From contig DATAHN010000043.1 of NCBI GenBank assembly GCA_036263155.1, positions 1-55,014 of the forward strand: a stretch of DNA of 55,014 nt, read 5' to 3'. Positions 9,430 to 18,857 of the stretch are shown piece after piece; positions within the stretch are counted from its first letter, which is position 1, and each line of letters begins with the position of its first letter. Below the pieces are notes generated by a model that saw only the letters and a program-made list of their open reading frames with translations, was not told the origin of the DNA and made no database searches. The translations under genes were made by a program, and so were the position numbers. The DNA is from Gammaproteobacteria bacterium (lineage in GTDB: Bacteria > Pseudomonadota > Gammaproteobacteria > Natronospirales > REEB76).

Positions 9430-10421
9430 TTGTCGTGCTTCAATTGATACTTCGCCACCGCCGCATTCTGCTCCTTGAGGGTGGCGGAGAACACGTGGGT
9501 GCCATCACCCCTCGCCACGAAGTAGAGCGCGTTGCCCCCCGCCGGGTGCAGCGCCGCATCGATGGCGGGCCGGCCCGGCATGCAGATGGGCGTGGGCGGC
9601 AGCCCGTGGCGGGTATAGGTGTTGTAGGGCGTATCGGTGCGCAGGTCCTTGAGAGTGATGTTGCCGAAATAGCGGTCGCCCAAGCCGTAGATGACGGTCG
9701 GATCGGTCTGCAGCTTCATGCCTTTCTGCAGGCGCCGCACGAATACGCCCGCGATCTGAGGCCGCTCGGTGGCCTGGCCGGTCTCCTTCTCCACGATGGA
9801 GGCCATGATCAGCGCTTCGTAGGGATACTTGTAGGGCAGTCCCGGCGCGCGCGCATCCCAGGCCGCCGCCAGCTCTTGCTGCTCAGCCTCGTGGGCGCGG
9901 CGCAGGAAAGCCACGTCGCTGGTGCCACGCGGGAACTGGTAAGTATCCGGCATCACCAGGCCCTCGGGGCTCTCGGCGTCGAAGCCGAGCTTCTCCATCA
10001 GCGCCGTGCCGCTCAGGCCCTTGAGTTCGTGCGCGAGGTTCGGTTCCTGCTCCACTGCCGCCAGCACCTGCTGGAAGGTCCAGCCGTCCACCAGGGTGAG
10101 GGAGTGCATCACCACCTTGCCGCTGCGCAGGAGCTTGAGCAGCTGCGCCACGGTGAGGCCCGGTTCCACGTGGTACTCACCGGCGCGCAGGCCACCGGAA
10201 GCGCGGTGCAGGCGCGCGAACCAGACGAGGTCGTAGGCGTGCGTGACGATGCCCTGCTTCGCGAACTGCTGCGCCACCTGGCGCAGGGATTCGCCGGGCA
10301 GGATCTCCACATCCCGCGCCTCGGCCAGCGGCAACGGTCGGTTGTTCCAGCTCCAATAGACGTAACTTGCCCCACCGGCCAGGAGCAGCAGCAACAGGGG
10401 CAGGATGACGCGCAGTCTCAT
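9426..10421 (-). CDS. mltG: Endolytic transglycosylase MltG
   Basis: N-terminal TM; ASIVEKET, MKLQTDPTVIYG, YNTYTRHGLPPTPI. Confidence 0.95.
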   Translation of the reverse strand: MRLRVILPLLLLLLAGGASYVYWSWNNRPLPLAEARDVEILPGESLRQVAQQFAKQGIVTHAYDLVWFARLHRASGGLRAGEYHVEPGLTVAQLLKLLRSGKVVMHSLTLVDGWTFQQVLAAVEQEPNLAHELKGLSGTALMEKLGFDAESPEGLVMPDTYQFPRGTSDVAFLRRAHEAEQQELAAAWDARAPGLPYKYPYEALIMASIVEKETGQATERPQIAGVFVRRLQKGMKLQTDPTVIYGLGDRYFGNITLKDLRTDTPYNTYTRHGLPPTPICMPGRPAIDAALHPAGGNALYFVARGDGTHVFSATLKEQNAAVAKYQLKHDK

Positions 10422-10425
10422 GGGT

Positions 10426-11241
10426 TCAGGTTTCCGCGGCCCAGGCCTTGGCCAGCCGTGTCAGGGAACCGATCGGGTAGCTGCGCGCGCCGATGCGCGT
10501 CACCGGCCACACCCCGGCGATGGAATTGCACACGAATATCTCCCGCTGGTCCAGCAGTTCATCCAGGCCCATATGCCGCACTTCGGTCTTGATCCCGGCC
10601 TGCTCCGCCCGCGCCAGGATGTGGCGGCGCGTCACGCCGGCAATACCCGCTTGGCTCAGGTCCGGCGTCACCAACCTATCCTCTGCCGGTGATGCGAACA
10701 GGTTTGTCATTGTACCTTCCACCGCGCGACCGCCGGTGTCCAGCATCAGGCCCTCCGGCGCGCCCTCGCTCAATTCCGCCCGTGCCAGCACCTGCTCCAG
10801 GCGGTTAAGGTGCTTCAAACCGGCCAGGGCGGGATTGCAGGCGAGACGCGTCGTGCACAGGCGCAACTCGATGCCCTGTTCGCTCCATGTGGCGGGATAG
10901 TCGGGCCAGGGATATCTGAAGAGGATTCGCGTGGCGGCCGGCTCTGCAGGGGGCCGGTAACCACGCCCGCCGCTGCCGCGGGTGAGGATGAGTTTGAGCA
11001 CGACCCGTTCCTGGCCCTGGGCGGCCTGCTGCAACTCGTGTTCGAGCGACCCACGGTCCGGCGCAACGAACCCGAGCCTGCCGCAGCTCTCTTGCAGACG
11101 ATCCAGGTGTAGGGCCAGCCTCTGGACGCGTCCGCCCCGCACAGCCAGGGTCTCGAACAGGCCGTCGCCGTAGTGCAGACCCCGGTCCGTGAGCGGCAAG
11201 GCGTCAGCCGGCTGGCCGTCGATCCAAGCAGCGGACTTCAT
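10426..11241 (-). CDS. pabC: Aminodeoxychorismate lyase
   Basis: DRGLHYGDGLFET, GLKHLNRLEQVL (PLP lysine), EGTMTNLF. Confidence 0.93.
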   Translation of the reverse strand: MKSAAWIDGQPADALPLTDRGLHYGDGLFETLAVRGGRVQRLALHLDRLQESCGRLGFVAPDRGSLEHELQQAAQGQERVVLKLILTRGSGGRGYRPPAEPAATRILFRYPWPDYPATWSEQGIELRLCTTRLACNPALAGLKHLNRLEQVLARAELSEGAPEGLMLDTGGRAVEGTMTNLFASPAEDRLVTPDLSQAGIAGVTRRHILARAEQAGIKTEVRHMGLDELLDQREIFVCNSIAGVWPVTRIGARSYPIGSLTRLAKAWAAET

Positions 11242-12581
11242 GCGTCCGCTCCCAGGGCGCGGGCGAGGCCGCGGGCCTTGGCGCGCGTCTCTTCCAGCTC
11301 CCGCTCCGGCACCGAGTCCGCCACGATGCCCGCGCCGGCACGGAACGTCAGGCGGCGTCCCTTCTGCACCAGGGTACGGATGAGGATGTTGAGGTCCATG
11401 TCGCCGTCCAGGTTCAGCCAGCCCATGGCGCCGGTGTAGGCCTCACGGCTAGCCTGCTCCAGCTCGGCGATGATCTGCATGCAGCGCACCTTGGGACACC
11501 CGGTGATGGTGCCGCCCGGGAACACCGCGCGGATGACCTGCGCTGGAGTAGTGCCCTCGCGCAGCCGGGCGCAGACGTTGGAGACGATGTGGTGCACGTG
11601 GGTGTAGGACTCCACCACCATGAGTTCATCCACCCTGACGCTGCCCGGTTCCGCCAGCCGTCCTAAGTCGTTGCGCTCCATGTCCAGGAGCATCACATGC
11701 TCGGCCCGCTCCTTGGGGTTCTCGATGAGCTCGCGGATGAGGGCCGCGTCCCGGGTCGGATCAGGGCCCCGCGGCCGGGTGCCGGCGATGGGCCGGGTGT
11801 CCACCCGCCGCCCCGTGACGCTGACGAGACGCTCCGGCGAGGAACTGATGATTGCCGCGTCGCCGTAGAGAGCCAGGCCCGCGAAGGGCGCCGGGTTGGC
11901 GCGGCGCAGCCTGGCGTAGAGGCCGGTGGGCGTCGCTTCCGGCGCCAGCGCCGCCGACCAGTGCCGGCTCAGGTTCGCCTGGAAGATGTCTCCCTCATAT
12001 ATATACCGTCGCGCGCACATCACCTGGTCAAGGTAGCGCCGCGGCTCCTCCTCCGCGAGCCCGCCGATCAGTGCCGCGGTCTCCCGCACCGGCCCTTGTC
12101 CCAGGATGATCGCCTCGAGCAGGGCTTCGCTGCCGGGCTCCGCCACCCAAGTCACGGTGCCGGCCAAGTGATCCCGCACCAGGGCCGCCGGTGTGCGCGC
12201 GGCGAATGCTACCGGCAGGTCGCGGCCCAACGTAAGCCTAAGGTTCTGCTCGATCTGCCCCACGAGCTCGTAGCCGAGGTACAGGAAGAAGCCGCCGCGG
12301 AAGGCGCTGCCCTCGGCACCCTTCCCATGTGTACGTTCCGCGCGCCACCAGCCATCGAGTGCCGTCAGGAAGTCGCCACCGGCCTCTTCCGCATGGGGAC
12401 CGGTGAGACGGCCGTCCGCGTGCAGCACCAGCATCTCGGGATCGGGGCGGGCGAACAGAAAATCGTAACGGCCCTGGGCGCCGCCACGGGCAGCGCTCTC
12501 CAGCAGGAATGGGAAAAGATCGGGCGCATCCTGGCACGCGGCCAGGAAGTCGGCGTCGTAAGGGATGTGGGCCGCGCCCAT
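11238..12581 (-). CDS. pabB: Aminodeoxychorismate synthase component I
   Basis: GDIFQANLSR, SSPERL, TRPIAGT, AEHVMLLDMERNDLGR, FPGGTITGCPK; start set at ATG 12581. Confidence 0.88.
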   Translation of the reverse strand: MGAAHIPYDADFLAACQDAPDLFPFLLESAARGGAQGRYDFLFARPDPEMLVLHADGRLTGPHAEEAGGDFLTALDGWWRAERTHGKGAEGSAFRGGFFLYLGYELVGQIEQNLRLTLGRDLPVAFAARTPAALVRDHLAGTVTWVAEPGSEALLEAIILGQGPVRETAALIGGLAEEEPRRYLDQVMCARRYIYEGDIFQANLSRHWSAALAPEATPTGLYARLRRANPAPFAGLALYGDAAIISSSPERLVSVTGRRVDTRPIAGTRPRGPDPTRDAALIRELIENPKERAEHVMLLDMERNDLGRLAEPGSVRVDELMVVESYTHVHHIVSNVCARLREGTTPAQVIRAVFPGGTITGCPKVRCMQIIAELEQASREAYTGAMGWLNLDGDMDLNILIRTLVQKGRRLTFRAGAGIVADSVPERELEETRAKARGLARALGADA

Positions 12582-12604
12582 GGCCGGCCGCGGGAGTCCG
12601 CCGC

Positions 12605-13846
12605 TCAGATGCGGCGGAACACCAGCGTGCCGTTGGTGCCGCCGAACCCGAAGGAGTTGGACAGCACCACGTCGATCTTCATCTTGCGCGCCTTGTTTGG
12701 CACGTAGTCGAGATCGCACTCGGGGTCCGGATTCTCCAGGTTGATGGTGGGCGGCGCCACCTGGTCACGCATCGCCAGGATGCTGAACACCGCTTCCACG
12801 CCACCGGCGGCACCCAGCAGGTGCCCCGTCATGGACTTGGTGGAGCTGATGGCGACCTTCTTCGCATACTCGCCGAAAGCACGCTTGATGGCGATGGTCT
12901 CGCCCTTGTCGCCCACCGGCGTGGAGGTCCCGTGGGCGTTGATATAATCCACCTGCTCCGGCTTGATGCCGGCGTCATTCAGCGAGTTCGTCATGCACAG
13001 GCGCGCGCCCTCGCCGTCGTCCGGCGGGGAAGTCATGTGGTAGGCGTCGCCGCTCATGCCGAATCCGATGAGCTCGCAATAGATCTTGGCGCCGCGCTTC
13101 TTCGCGTGCTCATACTCCTCCAGCACCAGCACCCCGGCGCCCTCGCCCAGCACGAAGCCATCCCGGTCCTTGTCCCAGGGACGGCTGGCCTTCTCCGGCG
13201 CATCGTTGCGCTCCGAGAGCGCACGCGCGGCGCAGAAGCCGCCCAGGCCGAGCGGCGTCACCGCCATCTCGGCGCCGCCCGCCACCATCACGTCGGCCTC
13301 ACCGTACTGGATGTTGCGCATCGCCAGGCCGATGTTGTGGTTGGCAGTGGTGCAAGCCGTGACCACGGCGTAGTTCGGGCCCTTGAGGCCGTACATGATC
13401 GAAAGATGCCCGGAGATCATGTTGATGATGCTGGAGGGCACGAAGAACGGCGACACACGCTTCGGGCCGTGGTTGTCGATGATGGAGGAATGGGCCTTCT
13501 CGATGTTGGTGAGGCCGCCGATGCCCGCACCCACGGCGACGCCGATGCGTGCCGCGTTCTCCGGGGTCACCTGGATGCCGGAGTCCTTGAAGGCCTGCAC
13601 GGACGCCGCGATGCCGTAGTGCACGAAGGGATCCATCTTCTTGATGTCCTTCGGCGTGATGTACTGGGTCGGGTCGAAGTTCTTCACCTCGGCCGCGATC
13701 TTGGTCGGGTAGTTGGTGACGTCGAAATGGGTCACCTGCCCTACGCCGCTCTTGCCGGCGAGGATGTTGGCCCAGGATTCCTCGATGCTGTTGCCGACCG
13801 GGGAGATGATCCCCATGCCCGTGACGACGACCCGACGCTTGCTCAC
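12605..13846 (-). CDS. fabF: 3-oxoacyl-ACP synthase II
   Basis: [14 protein letters not shown] (catalytic Cys), [26 protein letters not shown]. Confidence 0.97.
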   Translation of the reverse strand: MSKRRVVVTGMGIISPVGNSIEESWANILAGKSGVGQVTHFDVTNYPTKIAAEVKNFDPTQYITPKDIKKMDPFVHYGIAASVQAFKDSGIQVTPENAARIGVAVGAGIGGLTNIEKAHSSIIDNHGPKRVSPFFVPSSIINMISGHLSIMYGLKGPNYAVVTACTTANHNIGLAMRNIQYGEADVMVAGGAEMAVTPLGLGGFCAARALSERNDAPEKASRPWDKDRDGFVLGEGAGVLVLEEYEHAKKRGAKIYCELIGFGMSGDAYHMTSPPDDGEGARLCMTNSLNDAGIKPEQVDYINAHGTSTPVGDKGETIAIKRAFGEYAKKVAISSTKSMTGHLLGAAGGVEAVFSILAMRDQVAPPTINLENPDPECDLDYVPNKARKMKIDVVLSNSFGFGGTNGTLVFRRI

Positions 13847-13912
13847 TTGGACTGCCCTCTCTTCGCTCGCATATTCACCGAGTATACGCGGATAGCCGCG
13901 TCATCTCATAAA

Positions 13913-13946
13913 TGACAAGGCCGTTGTCACCTCGCGATGACAACGG
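13913..13946. other. Intergenic stem-loop between acpP and fabF with an alternative pairing
   Basis: ccgttgtca-N8-tgacaacgg (13921-13946); tgacaa at 13913-13918 can alternatively pair with ttgtca at 13924-13929. Confidence 0.55.
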
Positions 13947-13971
13947 CGCTTGTTCTGCGGAATCCCGCCAC

Positions 13972-14214
13972 TCAGGCGTTGGGCAGGTGTTCCTTGATGT
14001 AGCTGATGGCCTGGCCGACGGTAGTGATCTTCTCGGCCTCTTCATCGGGGATCTCACACTCGAACTCTTCCTCGAGCGCCATCACGAGCTCCACGGTATC
14101 CAGCGAGTCAGCGCCCAGATCGTCCACGAAGGAGGCCTGCGGGGAGACCTGGTCTTCCTTCACGCCCAGTTGTTCGACGACGATCTTCTTGACGCGTTCT
14201 TCAATGCTGCTCAT
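13972..14214 (-). CDS. acpP: Acyl carrier protein
   Basis: [38 protein letters not shown]. Confidence 0.97.
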   Translation of the reverse strand: MSSIEERVKKIVVEQLGVKEDQVSPQASFVDDLGADSLDTVELVMALEEEFECEIPDEEAEKITTVGQAISYIKEHLPNA

Positions 14215-14401
14215 GACTGTTAAGACCTCCCAGTGTGACAAAACAGTTCGGCATCGGCATAACCGACCAAACTGGGGGCGGTATTGTAGAGAAAACCCCC
14301 TGCCTGCGCCACTTGCCCTTTATACCCTTTCTAAATAGGCCTATAAGCCCCATAGACCCTTCGAAAACCGCCCCAAAACCGCCAAAGCCGTCGTGAGGCG
14401 G

Positions 14402-15142
14402 CTAGGCCATGTACATGCCGCCGTTGACGTGGATCGTCTCACCGGTGATGTAGCTCGCGCCCGGCGAGGCCAGGAACAGCACCGTGGCGGCGATGTCCTC
14501 CGGCGCGCCGAGGCGCTCCAACGGGATCTTCTGCATGAGCGCAGCCCGCTGCTCGTCGGTGAGCGCGCGAGTCATGTCGGTGTCGATGAAGCCCGGCGCC
14601 ACCGTGTTCACTGTGATGCTGCGGGAGCCGACCTCCTGGGCCAGCGAGCGCGTGAAGCCCATGATGCCGGCCTTGGCGGCGCAGTAGTTCGCCTGACCCG
14701 GGTTGCCGGAGGCGCCCACCACCGAGGCGATGCTGATGATGCGGCCGCGCCGCGCCTTCATCATGCCGCGCAGGCAAGCCTTGGAGAGGCGGAACACCGA
14801 GGTGAGATCGGTGTCGAGCACCGCGTTCCAATCCTCCTCCTTCATGCGCAGGAGCAGCGTGTCGCGAGTGATGCCGGCGTTGTTCACGAGCACCGTGGGG
14901 TCGCCGAACTCGGCCACCAGGGCCTTGAGCGTCTCGTCCACCTGGGCGGAATCCGAGACGTTGAGCACCACGCCCTTGCCCTTGATGCCCTCGGCCTTGA
15001 GATAGTCGCTGATCTGCTGCGCGCCCTCGGGCTTGGTGGCGGTCCCCACCACGGTGGCGCCGGCCTTGCCGAGCGCGACCGCGATGGCCTTGCCGATGCC
15101 GCGAGTTGCGCCGGTGACGAGGGCGATATCCTGATTCAGCAT
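14402..15142 (-). CDS. fabG: 3-oxoacyl-ACP reductase
   Basis: ALVTGATRGIG, NNAGITRD, NYCAAK (YxxxK), VAPGFIDTDM; ATG 15142 (TTG 15148 possible). Confidence 0.96.
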   Translation of the reverse strand: MLNQDIALVTGATRGIGKAIAVALGKAGATVVGTATKPEGAQQISDYLKAEGIKGKGVVLNVSDSAQVDETLKALVAEFGDPTVLVNNAGITRDTLLLRMKEEDWNAVLDTDLTSVFRLSKACLRGMMKARRGRIISIASVVGASGNPGQANYCAAKAGIMGFTRSLAQEVGSRSITVNTVAPGFIDTDMTRALTDEQRAALMQKIPLERLGAPEDIAATVLFLASPGASYITGETIHVNGGMYMA

Positions 15143-15144
15143 GT

Positions 15145-16080
15145 TCAAACTCCTGCCGCGGCCAGGGCGGCCTGCAGCGTCGAAGGGTCGTATACGGGAT
15201 AGGTCTCCACGGCCTTATCGATGCGCTTGCCGAGACCGGCTAGCACCTTGCCGGGGCCGAACTCCACCTGCTTCACCATGCCGTCGCGCGCGAGCTTCTG
15301 CACCGTCTCGACCCAGCGCACCGGGCTGTGCAGCTGCGCTTCGAGCACGGCACGGATCTCACCCGGATTGGAATGCCTGCTCACGTCCACGTTGTGGATA
15401 ACCGGGATGCGCGGCGCCTTGATCTCGAGGGCGGCGAGCCTCTGTGCGAGCCGCTCGGCGGCGGGCTTCATCAGCGCGCAGTGGGAGGGCGCGCTCACCG
15501 GCAATGGCAGCGCGCGCTTGGCGCCTTTGGCCTTGCACAGCTCGCCGGCGCGCTCCACCGCGGCCTTGGAACCGGCTATCACGACCTGGCCCGGCGCGTT
15601 GAAATTGACGGCTTCCACCACTTCGCCCTGCGCCGCCTCGGCGCAGGCGGCGCGCACCGCGTCGTCATCCAGGCCGATGATGACGAACATGGCGCCTGTA
15701 CCGGCGGGCACGGCCTCCTGCATGGCCTGTCCGCGGAACTCCACGAGCTTGATGGCGTCCTTGAAGTCGAGAGCACCGGCACAGACCAGCGCCGTGTACT
15801 CACCCAGGCTGTGGCCCGCCATGGCGGAGGGATCGGCGCCGCCCGCGGCCTTCCACGTGCGCCAGGCGGCGACGCCGGCGGCGAGCAGCGCGGGCTGGGT
15901 CTGCTGGGTGGCGTTGAGCCGCTCCTCGGGCCCCTGCTGGCAGAGCGCCCACAGGTCGTAGCCGAGCGCCGCGGAAGCCTCGGCGAAGGTCTGCTGCACC
16001 TCGGGCCGCTCGGCCGCGAGCGTGCCCAGCATGCCGAGCGACTGGGAACCCTGTCCCGGAAACACCGCGGCGAAACTCAT
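15145..16080 (-). CDS. fabD: Malonyl-CoA:ACP transacylase
   Basis: FPGQGSQ, GHSLGEY, NFNAPGQVVIAG, SAPSHCALM; ATG 16080 overlaps the rhombosortase stop. Confidence 0.96.
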   Translation of the reverse strand: MSFAAVFPGQGSQSLGMLGTLAAERPEVQQTFAEASAALGYDLWALCQQGPEERLNATQQTQPALLAAGVAAWRTWKAAGGADPSAMAGHSLGEYTALVCAGALDFKDAIKLVEFRGQAMQEAVPAGTGAMFVIIGLDDDAVRAACAEAAQGEVVEAVNFNAPGQVVIAGSKAAVERAGELCKAKGAKRALPLPVSAPSHCALMKPAAERLAQRLAALEIKAPRIPVIHNVDVSRHSNPGEIRAVLEAQLHSPVRWVETVQKLARDGMVKQVEFGPGKVLAGLGKRIDKAVETYPVYDPSTLQAALAAAGV

Positions 16081-16706
16081 GCTCCGTCTCCACTTCGTTT
16101 GGGACCGCGCATTATACGGTGCCACGGCAGGCCGCCGCCAAAGCCGATGAGCGCGCCGGCGAAGGCGCCGTAGAGATGCGCGTCCACGATCACGGCGCCG
16201 CCGGTGGACACGCTGGAGAACGGCAGCGCACCGAAACACTGCTCGTAGGCGAGTTTCGACACCAGCAGTGCCGCCAGCACCCAGCCGAAGCGGTCGCGGC
16301 GCCGGATCAGCCCGAGGCTGCCTGCGGCCCACAGGGTGTCGAGGGCGCCGGAGATGCCCACATACCAGTCCACCTGCGGGTCGCCCGCCAGCAGGCCGAG
16401 GCCCACCGCCAGCGCACCGGCAGAGACCACCGCCGGCGTCCGCCAGCCCGGCAGCGCATCCTCGAACAGGAGCCACAGCAGCAGGAGGCCCGCCATGTCC
16501 TCGAGCAGATGCCCGGTGCCAAGGTGCACGAAGTTGCCGGTGAAGAGCCGCCATGCCTCCCCGTGCAGGATGGCGACACGCTCGTAGCGCAGGGCCACGC
16601 GCAAGGGCTCTCCGCCCAGTGCCAGCAGCAAGCACGGCAGCAGCAGCGCGAGCAGCGGCCAGTGACGCCGCGCGAGATCGAGGATGCGTTGGGACACCGG
16701 AGGCAT
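16077..16706 (-). CDS. Rhombosortase (GlyGly-CTERM-processing rhomboid protease)
   Basis: LRYER...GEAWRLFTGNFVHL, WYVGISG (catalytic Ser), acidic-free STGGAVIVDAHLYG (catalytic His); six-TM short rhomboid next to T2SS genes. Confidence 0.82.
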   Translation of the reverse strand: MPPVSQRILDLARRHWPLLALLLPCLLLALGGEPLRVALRYERVAILHGEAWRLFTGNFVHLGTGHLLEDMAGLLLLWLLFEDALPGWRTPAVVSAGALAVGLGLLAGDPQVDWYVGISGALDTLWAAGSLGLIRRRDRFGWVLAALLVSKLAYEQCFGALPFSSVSTGGAVIVDAHLYGAFAGALIGFGGGLPWHRIMRGPKRSGDGA

Positions 16707-16776
16707 GGGAGGCTAGTGTATGATTGAGCCTGCGCGAGGATGCGCGCCAACCCTGATTTTATCAGCCCAAACAGCC

Positions 16777-17232
16777 ATGCAGACCCGCAAGCAGCAATCC
16801 GGTTTCACCCTCATCGAAGTGATGGTGGTGGTGGTCATCCTCGGCATCCTGGCCGCGGTCATCGTCCCCAAGATCATGGACAAGCCAGACGAGGCCCGTC
16901 TGGTGAAGGTCAAGGCCGATATCCAGCAGATCCAGTCCACCCTGGAGATGTACCGCCTCGACAACTATGTCTACCCGAGCACCGAGCAGGGCCTGCAGGC
17001 GCTGGTGCAGAAGCCCTCGGCCAACCCCGAACCGGCCCACTGGAAGCAGTACCTGGATCAGCTGCCGGTGGACCCCTGGGGCCATCCCTACCAGTACCTG
17101 AACCCGGGCACCCATGGCACGGCGGTGGACATCTGGTCCAACGGCGCCGACGGCACGCCCGGCGGCGAGGGGGTGAACGGCGACATGGGCAACTGGAACA
17201 TGAACGGGAACGCCGCGAACGGCGGACACTGA
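16777..17232 (+). CDS. gspG: T2SS major pseudopilin
   Basis: Prepilin site G/FTLIEVMVVVVIL; MYRLDNYVYPSTEQGLQALV, DPWGHPYQY. Confidence 0.96.
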   Translation: MQTRKQQSGFTLIEVMVVVVILGILAAVIVPKIMDKPDEARLVKVKADIQQIQSTLEMYRLDNYVYPSTEQGLQALVQKPSANPEPAHWKQYLDQLPVDPWGHPYQYLNPGTHGTAVDIWSNGADGTPGGEGVNGDMGNWNMNGNAANGGH

Positions 17233-17250
17233 CCGGCAAGGACGCCCACG

Positions 17251-17841
17251 GTGAGCCCGCAACGCAGCAAGGGCTTCACGCTCCTCGAACTCCTGGTGGT
17301 GATGGTGATCATCGCGGTGATCGCCAGTGTCGCCGTCATATCCACCGGCGCCCTCGGCCGCGACCCACCGGCCCAGAAAGCCGCGCATGAGCTGGCGGAC
17401 CTCGCCGGCCTCGCCTCCGAGCAGGCGGTGATGCAGGGCCGTGTGTACGGCCTGCGCATCGAGGCCCACGGTTATTCCTTCTATACCTACGATGGCCGCA
17501 AGTGGTCGCCGCTGCAGGCCGACAACCTCTTCTACCGCCGTGACCTGGGCGATGACGTGACGCTCACCCTGCACATGGACGGCACCACATCGGCGCTGGC
17601 CCCGCCGCCCGCGACGGTGCAGGAACCGGCGGCCGCCACCAGCGCTACGCCCGCCGTGCACGAAGGTGACACGGACCAGACCGAACTGCCCCAGGTGCTG
17701 CTCCTGTCCAGCGGCGAGCTCCTGCCCTTCGAGATCGAGGTCGCCGGCGTCTCCGGTGCGGCATACACCGTCAAGGGCTCCCTCACGGACGGCATCACGG
17801 TGGTGGAACCGTCTGCCGACGCGGGCAAGGCCAGGCCATGA
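17251..17841 (+). CDS. gspH: T2SS minor pseudopilin H
   Basis: GTG start; G/FTLLELLVVM; SSGELLPFEI; position after gspG. Confidence 0.9.
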   Translation: MSPQRSKGFTLLELLVVMVIIAVIASVAVISTGALGRDPPAQKAAHELADLAGLASEQAVMQGRVYGLRIEAHGYSFYTYDGRKWSPLQADNLFYRRDLGDDVTLTLHMDGTTSALAPPPATVQEPAAATSATPAVHEGDTDQTELPQVLLLSSGELLPFEIEVAGVSGAAYTVKGSLTDGITVVEPSADAGKARP

Positions 17842-18212
17842 AGCGCACGCGCGGCTTCACGCTGCTGGAGGTGCTGATCGCGCTCGCCGTGCTGGCGCTC
17901 GGCATGCTGGCGGTGATCGGCACCGCCGGCTCCAGTTCGCGCCTGGGCGCGCAGCTGCGGGACAAGACCTTCGCCGGCTGGGTGGGCATGAACGAGCTCA
18001 CCATGCTGCGGGTGGCCCAGAGCTGGCCCAGCGACGACTCGCTGAACGGCGACGCCGACATGGGCGGCCAGAAGTGGCACTGGAAGGCCACCATGACCAA
18101 GACCGCGGACCCGGATCTCTTGCGGGTGGACATCGACGTGAGCCTGCCCGACAGCGACGCGGTCATCACCACCGTCACCGGCTTCATGGGCCGGCCGCCA
18201 CAGAGAGGTTGA
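17838..18212 (+). CDS. gspI: T2SS minor pseudopilin I
   Basis: G/FTLLEVLIALAVL, MGGQKWHW. Confidence 0.9.
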   Translation: MKRTRGFTLLEVLIALAVLALGMLAVIGTAGSSSRLGAQLRDKTFAGWVGMNELTMLRVAQSWPSDDSLNGDADMGGQKWHWKATMTKTADPDLLRVDIDVSLPDSDAVITTVTGFMGRPPQRG

Positions 18213-18214
18213 AC

Positions 18215-18856
18215 GTGGATCGCGCGCGCGGCTTTACGCTGATCGAGCTGCTGGTGGCCTTGAGCATCACCGCGCTCATCATGGCCATCGCCTACGGCGG
18301 CCTCGGTGCCGTGACCAAACAGTCGGAAGGCAATCGCGACACCATGAAGCGCCTGCGCCAGGTGCAGCTCGCCATGGACATCATGGCGCGCGACTTCGCC
18401 CAGCTCGAGCCGCGCCCGGTGCGCGACGGCCTGGGCGGCAGCGTGCCCGCCTTGGTGGCGGGTCCCGACAACGTGCCGCCCATCGTGTTCACCCGCGGCG
18501 GCTGGAGCAATCCGCTCGGCACGGTGCGCAGCACCCAGCAGCGCGTGGCTTACAGCCTGGAGGACGGCAAGCTCATGCGCTCCTGGTGGCCGGAGCTGGA
18601 CGGCATGGCGCAGCTCACGCCCGCCAAGCAGCCGCTGCTGGACGATGTGAGCTCCATCAAGTTCCAGTACATGGACCCCGTCTCCAAGAGCTTCCAGGAC
18701 GTGTGGACCGCCACCGCCGCACGCGCGGCGCCCGGCGTGAAGCCGGCGGGCGACGTGCTGCCGGTCGCGGTCAGCATCACCATCACGCTCAAGGACCTGG
18801 GGGAGCTGACCCGCATCGTGGAGGTGGCGAGCTGTGCCTCGAACTGCGGCCCCTGA
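18215..18856 (+). CDS. gspJ: T2SS minor pseudopilin J
   Basis: Within track ORF 17666-18856; GTG 18215 after agagagg (TTG 18209 possible); G/FTLIELLVAL, FTRGGWSNP, QRVAYSLEDGKLMR. Confidence 0.9.
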   Translation: MDRARGFTLIELLVALSITALIMAIAYGGLGAVTKQSEGNRDTMKRLRQVQLAMDIMARDFAQLEPRPVRDGLGGSVPALVAGPDNVPPIVFTRGGWSNPLGTVRSTQQRVAYSLEDGKLMRSWWPELDGMAQLTPAKQPLLDDVSSIKFQYMDPVSKSFQDVWTATAARAAPGVKPAGDVLPVAVSITITLKDLGELTRIVEVASCASNCGP

Positions 18857-18857
18857 C

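Noticed and set aside
11238-12581. trpE instead of pabB because of the PIAGT motif
   Set aside because: Adjacent pabC and the fabF-pabB-pabC-mltG context favour ADC synthase; no trp genes nearby.
15145-16635. 496-aa FabD with N-terminal extension, and 396-aa GspJ (17666-18856)
   Set aside because: Track artefacts; the extensions overlap real genes in other frames, and conserved starts are at 16080 and about 18215.
17180-17232. GspG C-terminal ...ANGGH as a GlyGly-CTERM signal
   Set aside because: No following TM helix or basic tail.
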